From Eledone cirrhosa (Eukaryota): a stretch of DNA of 64,000 bases. The DNA lies in contig OZ024740.1 in NCBI GenBank assembly GCA_964016885.1, positions 413,044,001 to 413,108,000 of the forward strand, read 5' to 3'. The position numbers and the translations under genes are program-made. Of the stretch, positions 41,683 to 51,410 are shown one piece after another. The notes beneath the pieces are model-generated. The model ran no database searches and was not told the DNA's origin. It saw only the letters and a program-made list of their open reading frames with translations. The number at the start of each line of letters is the position of its first letter. Position 1 is the stretch's first letter.

Positions 41683-44600
41683 ATGGCTATGCTAAGAGTA
41701 GGCTGTTTAAATGCGCGTGGCCTGGGCTCAACTTGGAAGCAAGCAATGCTTCTAAATGACCTCAGGTCACAACGTATAGATGTGATGGTTATTTGCGAGG
41801 CCCGGATCAGCAACGTGCGACAGCTGTCCCCCACCTTTGATGACTTTGAGATGCACGCATCTCTCTGTCAGCCCGGAGGTGGGGGTGGAGTTGTCGTTCT
41901 GCTGCAAAAACATCTGGGTCTCGCAACACAGATGGTACATTTGGACCCGGAGGGTCGACTAGTGGTTCTGGACCTTGGCAGTGGTAAAGGCGGAGCGTTT
42001 AGGTTGGTAGCCGCCTACGGCCCTTTCGGGTCAATGCGGCCGGACTTCTTCCATCGTCTGGAGACTTTTCTAGGGACGTCCCGCTCCTTGCTATTAGTGG
42101 GGGACTGGAATGGTATCCTAGATGCACGCTGGGACTACGTAGGGGCCTGCCCCGATAGAGAGGGGTGTAATATCCTCAAAGGATTAATCGGTCGATTTGA
42201 CCTGGCCGATAGATATCGACTAGATTTTCCGACTGCGCCAACCTGGACTTGGGCAAATCGTAGCGGATCATCTAGGTCGTACCTAGATAGGTTCTTAGTT
42301 AGAATTAAGGATAAGGACTTTTTAAGTTGTCCAAAAATGCGCATGGTTGGCTATTCAGACCACAAATTAGTGACCTGCATGGTCAACCTTGACAGAACTC
42401 ATAGACAGGGCCCCGGTTACTGGAAGCTCAACTTGTCCTTGCCGGCAAGTAGAGCCTACAGGAATCGGATTAGTACGTTAGTTAAGGAACGGTTGACTGG
42501 AGCGATCGTCAACAGCAGGTGGTGGGTATCTCTAAAGAGAGAGATTAGAGTAGTCTCGATAGAATTTAGTAAGGTTCTAGCTGCGGATAGGAATAGGAAG
42601 GAAAGGGAGCTAATAGATAGAGTAGAAGAGGCAATTAGAAGCGGCGACGTGGCCAGAGTGCTAGCGCCGAGAACGGCTTTGAGCCAGTTTTTCGACGCGA
42701 AGCACGAAGGCTGCGTTGTCCGAAGTAAAATACGTGCTCTAGGGAACGAGGGGACCAAAGCTGTTAGCTGGGCCCGCGTGACAGAGGCCAACAGTGGAAC
42801 TAAATCCACCATCCGGTCTTTGCGAGACCTGGATGGACGGGCGATTCTTGAGCCTAAGCAGATGTGTGAGGCCTTTCAAAGGCACTTTGCCCGACTGTTC
42901 GGGAGGGGCGGGGAGCCGGTTGGGAACGTGGACTTCGGTCCATACCTCGACGGCCTGCCGCGCCTCTCGGACAGGGAGGCGAAGTCCTGCGAGGAGCCGA
43001 TTTCGGCCGCTGAGATAGAGGACGTGCTGAGCCAATGCGGCAAACGCAAATCCCCGGGTCTCGATGGTCTTCCTTACGAATTATATCTAGCTATGCCGGA
43101 CTTGTTCCCCGATCTCCTCGAGGCGGTCTACTGCAACTGGCAACAGAACGGGAGAATTCCCTGTACTGTGACCAAGGGCGTAGTCACGCTAGTGAGGAAG
43201 GACGAGAACAAGGGGGACGAAATAAGTAACTTCAGGCCCATAACACTGCTAAATACAGAGTTACAGATTTTGGCCAAGGTGCTAGCAAAGAGGTTGGCGC
43301 TTGTCGTGGGCAACCTGGTGGGAGATGCGCAGACATGCGCTATCCCGTCCAGGTCCATCCATGACAACCTCCACCTCATGCGATACATCATAGAGAGGGT
43401 TGGGAACGAACCCGGCTTTGGTGGGGCTCTGATCAACTTGGATCAATCTAAGGCGTTCGATAGGGTCGACCATGGTTACCTGGATGCGGTGCTAGCGGCG
43501 GCAGGCTTCGGACCCGTTTTCAGGGGCTGGATCACTGCTATGCACAGCAGCCGCATCTGCTCTAGGGTCAAGGTGAACGGCTACCTCTCGGAGCCGTTCA
43601 AAATCGCGCGGTCCATCCGACAAGGGTGCCCTCTCTCCTCCCTTCTGTATGTGTTGACTCTCGAGCCACTACTGCGGAAGTTGGAGTTGTTGCAGGGCAT
43701 CCCTTTGGAACCGGGATTGCGGAAAGCGGTGTCGGCCTACGCCGATGACGTGACAGTAATGGTGTCGACGGCCTCCGAAATCGAGGCGGTAGGCACCTTA
43801 CTGGAGGAGTACGAAAAGTTCACAGGGGCTAAGCTGAACCGGGACAAGTCGATCGGTTTGCAACTCGGCACGTGGAGGGGCAGACCGATGCCCTCCGATA
43901 GCGTCGTCGGACGCTGGACGGAGGGCCCGGTGAAGTTGCTCGGGGTCTGGTTCGGACCGGACCTCCAGGTGGAGAAAAACTGGGCGGAGGTTACGAACAG
44001 GGTGTTTGCACTGACCCAGAAGTGGGCCAGTTGCAAACTATCCCTGAAAGGTCGGGCGGAGGTGGCGAACACCTACATAGCGTCCGTCATCTACTACCGC
44101 CTGACCGTAGTGCCCTGCCCAAGGGAAACCCTCACCAAGATGGAGCGCGCGCTCTTCCAATTCCTTTGGAAGAGGCGGGCTCCTATGGTGAGGAGATCCA
44201 TCTGCTGTCAACACCCTTCGAAAGGAGGGCTGGGGATGCCGTGGCTAATGATGCGTAAACACGCATTAAGGCTACGGCACCTCTACGTATTCCTCACCGG
44301 ACAACCGGTGTGGGCCTCGTTTGTGAGACGAACCTTTCCCAGACTCGTCTCACTCACCGAGCTGCAATCCTGGGTCAAGCAAAGACCGAGAAAACTGGGC
44401 GCCTGGCACACTGAGTGTGCCCAGGCGCTCACCGCCCTCTGGCAGGTGGATCCGGTTGTCAGTGGAGACTCCACCGCAACATTCTATAGAGGGCTGGTAC
44501 GCAGCAGGTGCGACGACGCCCTCGGAGAAGCCCTAGACATGGAAGAGGACGAACTGGCCAGCCTGTTCGGTAGGACATTCAGCCCGGGACCTATGGACAA

Positions 44601-45120
44601 CTTCCAGAAGTCCCTGGCCTGGCAGTGCTACCGAGGGGCTTTACCCGTTCGAGAAAGGCTCTACAGACACGGGCGCCCGGGTAGGGACCCCGCCAAAAAG
44701 ATCTGTCCCAGATGCGTGTGCGACGAGGAAACCGTTGCACACGCATTAGTACACTGCTCGGGCGTAGCCGATCTGTGGGGCTATGTCGAACAACTGCTGT
44801 CAAGGGTGGGACCGATCCGGTTGACCACCGAGTCTATTGTAATGATCAAGCCGCCTCCCCCCTTCAAAGATGAAGCAGAGGCGGTGTTTCTGTGCATAAT
44901 AGCCATGGCGAAAGAGGTTGTATGGTGGACGCGTCTGAAAGGACTGAGGTCGGGCACCTTTCTCTCTGGCCAACAACTGGTCCGTTTCTTCCGATATCAT
45001 TTCGGAAGAAGGATCAGGATGGAGAGAGAGGTGCTGCACCCCAGCCGTTTCTATGAAAGATGGGTGAAAGTGGCGAGAATGACCCGTGTGAATGGGCCTT
45101 CACTCTACATCAGACTATAG
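41683..45120 (+). CDS. LINE ORF2: APE endonuclease, reverse transcriptase, C-terminal zinc finger (L1/Tx1 clade)
   Basis: CLNARGL, GDWN, YLDR, SDH; GPGYWKLN; KSPGLDG, NFRPITLLN, LDQSKAFDRV, RQGCPLS, YADD; KGGLG; CPRC..ETVAHALVHC. First ATG at 41683; frame open from 41659. Confidence 0.96.
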   Translation: MAMLRVGCLNARGLGSTWKQAMLLNDLRSQRIDVMVICEARISNVRQLSPTFDDFEMHASLCQPGGGGGVVVLLQKHLGLATQMVHLDPEGRLVVLDLGSGKGGAFRLVAAYGPFGSMRPDFFHRLETFLGTSRSLLLVGDWNGILDARWDYVGACPDREGCNILKGLIGRFDLADRYRLDFPTAPTWTWANRSGSSRSYLDRFLVRIKDKDFLSCPKMRMVGYSDHKLVTCMVNLDRTHRQGPGYWKLNLSLPASRAYRNRISTLVKERLTGAIVNSRWWVSLKREIRVVSIEFSKVLAADRNRKERELIDRVEEAIRSGDVARVLAPRTALSQFFDAKHEGCVVRSKIRALGNEGTKAVSWARVTEANSGTKSTIRSLRDLDGRAILEPKQMCEAFQRHFARLFGRGGEPVGNVDFGPYLDGLPRLSDREAKSCEEPISAAEIEDVLSQCGKRKSPGLDGLPYELYLAMPDLFPDLLEAVYCNWQQNGRIPCTVTKGVVTLVRKDENKGDEISNFRPITLLNTELQILAKVLAKRLALVVGNLVGDAQTCAIPSRSIHDNLHLMRYIIERVGNEPGFGGALINLDQSKAFDRVDHGYLDAVLAAAGFGPVFRGWITAMHSSRICSRVKVNGYLSEPFKIARSIRQGCPLSSLLYVLTLEPLLRKLELLQGIPLEPGLRKAVSAYADDVTVMVSTASEIEAVGTLLEEYEKFTGAKLNRDKSIGLQLGTWRGRPMPSDSVVGRWTEGPVKLLGVWFGPDLQVEKNWAEVTNRVFALTQKWASCKLSLKGRAEVANTYIASVIYYRLTVVPCPRETLTKMERALFQFLWKRRAPMVRRSICCQHPSKGGLGMPWLMMRKHALRLRHLYVFLTGQPVWASFVRRTFPRLVSLTELQSWVKQRPRKLGAWHTECAQALTALWQVDPVVSGDSTATFYRGLVRSRCDDALGEALDMEEDELASLFGRTFSPGPMDNFQKSLAWQCYRGALPVRERLYRHGRPGRDPAKKICPRCVCDEETVAHALVHCSGVADLWGYVEQLLSRVGPIRLTTESIVMIKPPPPFKDEAEAVFLCIIAMAKEVVWWTRLKGLRSGTFLSGQQLVRFFRYHFGRRIRMEREVLHPSRFYERWVKVARMTRVNGPSLYIRL

Positions 45121-45405
45121 GTGAGGAAGATGAAAGACCAAGGGAGCACCCCTTCTCTGTGCTCCTGAGGAGAAGGGTTGCACACTTTTTTCGGGAGTGT
45201 GTGCGACCCCCCAAGGCGCCTCCTCTCTATTGAGGATTTTGTTAAAAATTTTATTTTTTGTTATATCTTATTTTATTTTTATATTTTGTTATTGCCTCCT
45301 CCTTATTGAGGACGCCTTTTTGTGTAAACTCCCCCCATTGTACTTGTCCCACTTTTGATGCCCTAGTGGCAAATAAAAGAAATATATCTATCTATCTATT
45401 TATGT

Positions 45406-46196
45406 AACTGACCAGTCTGTTCGGGAGGACTTTCCGCCCAGGGCCTATGGATAATTTCCAGAGGTATCTGGCCTGGCAGTGCTACCGAAAAGCTCTACCA
45501 GTTCGAGACAAAATATACAAGCACAGAGGCCCTGGCAGAGATCCTGCCAAAAGACCTGTCCAAGATGCGAGCAGGACATCGAAACCGTTCTGCACGCAAT
45601 TGTCCAGTGCCCAGGGGTGACCGACCTGTGGAATTATGTTGTCAGCCGAGTCCATCGTGAGGATCACCCCGCCGCCTTAATTTAAGAATGAAGGAGAGGC
45701 GGTTTTTCCTCTGTCTGGTGGCTATGGTGAAAGAGGTAATATGGTGGACGGGGTTAGACGGGCTGAGGGAAAACCCCTTTCTCTCCGGACAACAATCCTC
45801 CCCTTCTTTAAGTACCACATCAGAAGGAAGGAGAGAGTGGAGAGAGAGGTTCTACACTCCAGTAAATTGGCTGAAAGGTGGGTGAATGTGGAGAAAATGG
45901 ACCGAGTGAATGGGTCTTCTCTGTATATAAACCTGTAGGTTGAGGAAGATAAATCGAGGGAAGACAGGAACACCTACAAAACGCGTTCCCTGGTTTGAGG
46001 GTTGTTCTATCCACGGGGTGTAAAACAACCCTGCAGTAACGCCCCTCTCCCCTATTGTGGATTTCAATTCTTATTTTATTATATATAGCTTATTGTTATT
46101 TATAAATGTTAAAGTTATATGATTTTTATGTAAAACCCCCGCCGTCACTTCTTGTAAGGTCCCAAATTCGTACGCCACTGTGGAAAATAAAGAAAT
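45406..46196 (+). mobile_element. Tx1-like LINE copy 5: older degenerate 3' fragment
   Basis: Broken frames match the ORF2 C-terminus (TCPRCEQDIETVLHAIVQC; RWVNVEKMDRVNGSSLYINL); ends AATAAAGAAAT + (TATC)n. Confidence 0.9.
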
Positions 46197-46214
46197 CCAT
46201 CTATCTATCTACTT

Positions 46215-46334
<120 letters not shown>

Positions 46335-46382
46335 ACATGTAAAGAGAAAGAGAGAGATAGAGAGAAAGAGAGATTCATATAT

Positions 46383-46555
46383 ATTGTTATATTTGGGGAG
46401 GGTCATACTGTTATAATATTGCCAGAAATAATAATAAAACACATTCACTCTTTGGATTGGATAGGTTTTCGCTTCTGTATATTTTACATCTTTATAGTTA
46501 ATTTAGCTGGCCATCAATGTTTATCATTGATTGACAAACGGTTAAAATATATATA
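46383..46555. mobile_element. Short repeat-terminus fragment related to the 48565 palindrome ends
   Basis: ATTGTTATATTTGGGGAGGGTCAT resembles ATTGTTATGCTTTGGGAGGGTCAT at 48566. Confidence 0.45.
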
Positions 46556-46556
46556 A

Positions 46557-46644
<88 letters not shown>

Positions 46645-46654
46645 TTATATATAT

Positions 46655-47725
46655 AGTAATAATAATAAAATTTAAGACTAAAATCCAAAGAGGGCTCGAT
46701 AAGGAAAATATATATCAAATATATAAGAACCGTAGAGCAAATATTTATTAAAATAACAGATTAAAGTTTAAGCAAAGAATCGCTGCTTTCACCCTTAACG
46801 GGATCTTCTGAAACTAACAAATGTTTTGTGATGGTATGTATACCTTCTCGTACGTATATTTGACTGTTATAGTGTATGATTTTTACATATTCTGGTATTT
46901 AGGGTTTGGCTATGTGTATACGGAAAGTTTTGCGTCCGCGTGAGTGTGCAAGTTCGTACGTATGGTGGGTGTGTGTATATGTGTACTTTTTGTTTTAGTT
47001 GACTTACGTCTCCGAACATTTGTGTATTTATATGTAGGTATGCGTGTGCGCTTGTTATATACGTATTTATTTACTTATATACGTTTATATAATTATTTAT
47101 TTATTTGTACACAAGCATACACACACACACATATTTATATGTGCGTGGTTTTGTATACCCATGGTAAGGTTTTGCGTATGCTTGTGAATGTACGTATCTG
47201 TTTGCGTGTATGTATTTATTTGTTTCTATTACTTCTGTATTGTATTTATTTACTTTGTTCTTAACTCTGTAGCGGAGATTCATTTGGTCTCCTAGTTAGA
47301 ATTTTAGTCTACGATTTCTGCTATACCATTTACGTGGTTTTGTCTTTGCGTGCTATTGTTCTCCACGCTCCACATATGACTTATTATCGTCGTTTTTTCG
47401 TTCATTGCCAGAGAACGTCTCTATGCACCACCTAAGAGAACATTAGTCTACGACCTCTTTTATACCATAAACGTGGTTTTGTCTTTGCGCGTAATTGTTT
47501 TTCACCGCTCCTATTAATGACGTATTATTCGTTTTTTCCCGTTCTTTGCCAGCGAACGTTACCACGAACCAAAGTATCGTTTTCCTGTCTTCCTCCGGTT
47601 GCAACGTTTTTTTGAAATATCCAGTTCTGCGTTTACAGATTGACTTTGTTAGTTTCAGAAGATCCGGTTAAGGGTGAAAGCAGCGATTCTTTGCTTAAAC
47701 TTTAATCTGTTATTTTAATAAATAT
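46655..47725. mobile_element. ORF-less inverted pair of PLE B-family pseudo-LTRs
   Basis: 46655-46820 matches 10718-10883 directly; 46835-47725 is the reverse complement of ~10804-11545; flanked by (TA)n; two CAGAAGA hammerheads. Confidence 0.9.
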
Positions 47726-47750
47726 ATATATATATATATATATCATAAAA

Positions 47751-48478
47751 CATGTCTATAGAATCACAAGATAAAATATATACTATTTCTTGTCCCAATT
47801 AGCATAATTAACTATATAAAAAATCGAATAGACCATCTATACGAATGAGGCTTCTTTGATGGAATCTCCGTCAAATAACCAAAACTAGCGCTTCGCGTCG
47901 GCCGTAGTGGAATATTTATCGAATATTTCGACAGCGTAATCGCCTAGATACAGTCAACTAAGCAGATTAGGTTTAAAATAAACTAGGAGAAAACAGAATA
48001 CATTTAAATACCTCTACCATGGTTTCGTCCGTGTTTTGAGTTTTCCAATAATTATGTAATAATTATATAAACTCGAGCGCCGGATTCTTCAGGAAGCTCG
48101 CTCATATCTAGTCATTAAATTTTCCAAAACGATCGCGCCAAGAATTCATTTCAAAATGGCTAAAAATCGAGACGTAGTCGCGGTCAAGTTGGAAGGGATG
48201 TGGTAGTTGCTTACGACTGGTGGCATTTTTGCTAGAAAGCACAGCACAATACAGCCAAATTTGTATCTCAACTTAGTGGGAGATTATTACATATAAAAGT
48301 TTACATATATATATACACATACATATACGTGTTTTGCAACTAGTCACTTTGTGGCTCAATGAAAGATTAATAAATTAAACAATCAGAGCTATATATCATG
48401 TCTATAGAATCACAAGATAAAATATATACTATTTCCTCTCCCAATTAGCATAATTAACTATATAAATAATCGAATAGA
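47751..48478 (-). mobile_element. Non-coding hammerhead unit with ~80-bp terminal direct repeat
   Basis: 47751-47831 matches 48398-48478 (period ~647 bp); hammerhead at 48010-48097. Confidence 0.75.
48010..48097 (-). ncRNA. Type I hammerhead with long stem II
   Basis: GCUUC-CUGAAGA-A-UCCG..GAGUUU..AAACUC..CGGA-C-GAAA-CCAUGG-UA-GAGGU; palindromic stem III; GUA site. Confidence 0.8.
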
Positions 48479-48522
48479 TATATATATATATATATATATA
48501 CATATATCTATATCTATATCTA

Positions 48523-48564
<42 letters not shown>

Positions 48565-48571
<7 letters not shown>

Positions 48572-49142
48572 ATGCTTTGGGAGGGTCATGTTGCCAATAA
48601 GAAACACACGCACCAGTTGCTTTCACTCCAATTTATTATAAATTAAATTTATAAATATAAGAATTTATAAATTTCCAGTTGGTTGGTTGGTTCCACAACC
48701 GGACGGTTGTTCATATATTGTCAAAGTTCTTTCGTCACACATTATGTGACTCTTCAGTGACTGGGGATTCTTTTCTTTGTTTTTGTGCCTCTCCTTTGTT
48801 CTGTCCTACGCCATGTTGTTTTTGTGTGTGACGTCAACACACACAAAAACAAGATGGCGTAGGACAGAACAAAGGAGAGGCACAAGAACAAAGAAAAGAA
48901 TTCCCAGTCACTGAAGAGTCACAGAATGTGTGACAAAAGAACTTTGACAATATATGAACAACCGTCCGGTTGTGGAACCAACCAACCAACTGGAAATTTA
49001 TAAATTCTTAAATTTATAAATTTAATTTATAATAAATTGGAGTGAAAGCAGGGGGTGCGTGTGTTTCTTATTGGCAACATGACCCTCCCAAAGCATAACA
49101 ATATCGGTTTCAGCACACGTTTTCTGATAAAGAATCTTGTTA
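48565..49142. mobile_element. Near-perfect ~540-bp palindrome of two hammerhead-bearing arms plus one-sided tail
   Basis: Arms 48565-48830 and 48838-49103. GUCA-CUGAAGA-GUCACA..UGUGAC-GAAA-GAAC-UU-UGAC at 48720-48761 (-); the copy at 48907-48948 (+) has GAAA changed to AAAA. Confidence 0.85.
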
Positions 49143-49159
49143 AACAAATTCAGAAACGA

Positions 49160-50100
49160 AATATATATATATATATATATTCAATCAAAGTTCTTCCATC
49201 ATACACCTGTGAAATCATCAGTGGTACTATTATGTTTACGTGCTTTCCTCCAGACTTCTCAAACCCCTTAGAATTTAGACGCACATTGAGACAGCTCAGA
49301 ATAAGTAATCCACAAACTACAAGATCTTAACCCCACCAAACGTGAGACGGAATAGATATCCATTTAGTTTAAATGTAATTTCCCTCTAAACTTCCCCACC
49401 CCAGCCATCAAATTACTCACGGACAACAATTGCTCTGGGCTCACTACTGCTGACATCCACGAGTCTTTCTTATGCACGATGTTTCTGTCCTTCCTACAGG
49501 CCGAAAATGGCATATATACAGAATTAAATCTCCCGGACAAGCAAAAGATTCAGCGTGGCTAGTAAAAAATATACCAGCACGGTAGATCACCAGAGATTTC
49601 TCATTGAGAACGGCTACACTACTTTTCTTACGTTATACCGAAATACCAAGGCAGCAACACTTGAAAGCACACAGAGGTTATGCTTCCATAGAAGTAATGT
49701 ATTCTACCTAAATCTGTCACATATCAATGAGAACACGGCGGCTTTCATCCGCAGGGAGGTCGTCAATATACAATTGGAGCATTCCGGACCCTCATACAGG
49801 AAACTGCTCCACATATACAGAACTAAATAAACGATATATGCACACTTCCTATATGTCCCACCTACAACTTAGAAGTGTGCATGAGAGCGTATGAGGTCTA
49901 CAAGCTCACATTAAGGAATGTAGCTCCTTGTACATCCTAATTACAGTCCGGATGCAGTAAATACAGATCAAGGAATACATGACGACAGGAGCCTCTTCTG
50001 TTAAAAGACATATTGAAAAATGCAGCTAGCAAGACATTGAGTCACCATAGAGGCAACGGAAAAGAATGTCGACATTTTACGTATCAACGAGGCCAGAAAC
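49160..50100 (+). mobile_element. Possible very old PLE relic
   Basis: Only scattered hints (FLIENGY, a PYVP-like motif); weak. Confidence 0.25.
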
Positions 50101-50230
50101 CCCGAAAAAAAATACAGATAAATATTATATTGGAAATAAACATTACTGTATTATTTTTTTTGATAATCATCTTTTGCACTTTATATATTTCTTCCGCATT
50201 GTACCGGCGTTCTGAAATGTATCAATCATT

Positions 50231-50269
<39 letters not shown>

Positions 50270-50273
<4 letters not shown>

Positions 50274-50474
50274 AAAAAGTAGGACCGCGACGGCAGAGCT
50301 CAAGCCTTTTCGACGGCTATTTCTAGACTAATTTAGTCCAGAAAGAGTGGTCGAAACGGCTTGAGCTCTGCCATCGGGGTCATACTTTTTCCTATTACCT
50401 ACTCTACTACCCTAAGTATTGAGTACTCTGGTGCGTTATGATCCATCTGGTTCCTTACCACAACTCCTTCGTTT
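50270..50474 (+). mobile_element. Minimal PLE-type insertion: ~125-bp hairpin plus tail, containing the 3' half of a hammerhead
   Basis: Inverted repeat 50270-50394. The arm contains GUC-GAAA-CGGC(UUGAGCUCU)GCC. The tail contains GTATTGAGTAC, as does the PLE A tail. Confidence 0.65.
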
Positions 50475-50501
50475 TATATATATATATAGAGAGAGTGAGA
50501 T

Positions 50502-50807
50502 AGATGAAAATGGCGTGTTGCGTTGTTGCGGATGTGATACATATGAATTAAAACATAGAGTAAGAAACCAGGACTATCCGTCATCAGTGATCTTCTGGTC
50601 ATCATAGGTATTTCTTCGCATTAAAGACGTTGCCTTACCATTCTTGTCTCTCTTTCTCCACCCAATTCTTTTAATCCCAATAACTTTATTTAGTTATTGC
50701 TCGCGCTGGTCTGATGTATATGATCTTTAATGCGAAGAAATACCTATGATGGCCAGAGGATCACTGATGACGGATAGTCCTGGTTTCTTACTCTATGTTT
50801 TAATTCA

Positions 50808-50808
<1 letters not shown>
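50502..50808. repeat. Small element with 85-bp inverted repeats and one-sided tail
   Basis: 50543-50627 is the reverse complement of 50724-50808; flanked by microsatellites. Confidence 0.75.
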
Positions 50809-50881
<73 letters not shown>

Positions 50882-51084
50882 ACAATAATCAAAGTTCAGT
50901 TTAAATCATTTATTTGCTTACAATTGTTTCCTCCAAACCGAGGTTTGGATTCTTCGGAGCAACTATTTAGTGACTTCCTTTTCAACACAAGAGACATATA
51001 AAAACATGCATATATTGACCCACAGTGGGATGACATCCATCATAATGATATAGCATGGCAATTTACATATAAAGGTTAAAGGAT

Positions 51085-51233
51085 AAAAATAAAAATAAAT
51101 ATGAAAAAAAAAAAAAAATAAATAAATAAATAAAATAAAAAAAAATAAAAATAAAAATAAAAATAAAAATAAAAATAAAAATAAAAATAAAAATAAAAAT
51201 AAAAATAAAAATAAAAATAAAAATAAAAATAAA

Positions 51234-51264
<31 letters not shown>

Positions 51265-51410
51265 TAAAAATAAAAATAAAAATAAAAATAAAAATAAAAA
51301 TAAAAATAAAAATAAAAATAAAAATAAAAATAAAAATAAATATAAAAATAAAAATAAAAATAAAAATAAAAATAAAAATAAAAATAAAAATAAAAATAAA
51401 AATAAAAATG
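51085..51410. repeat. (TAAAAA)n tract, mirrored as (TTTTTA)n at 53775-54465
   Basis: Visible directly; internal to the PLE D pseudo-LTRs. Confidence 0.95.

Larger units (their letters stand above)
39661..45384 (+). mobile_element. Tx1-like LINE copy 4: full-length and intact
   Basis: 5' UTR, two open ORFs, 3' UTR with AATAAA; TATC tracts on both sides. Confidence 0.96.

Noticed and set aside
49115-49142. CTGATAA..GAAA hairpin as a hammerhead
   Set aside because: G8 is missing and there is no stem III; treated as the tail of the palindromic element.
50750-50790. CTGATGA motif as a hammerhead
   Set aside because: No correctly placed GAAA, stem III or stem I.
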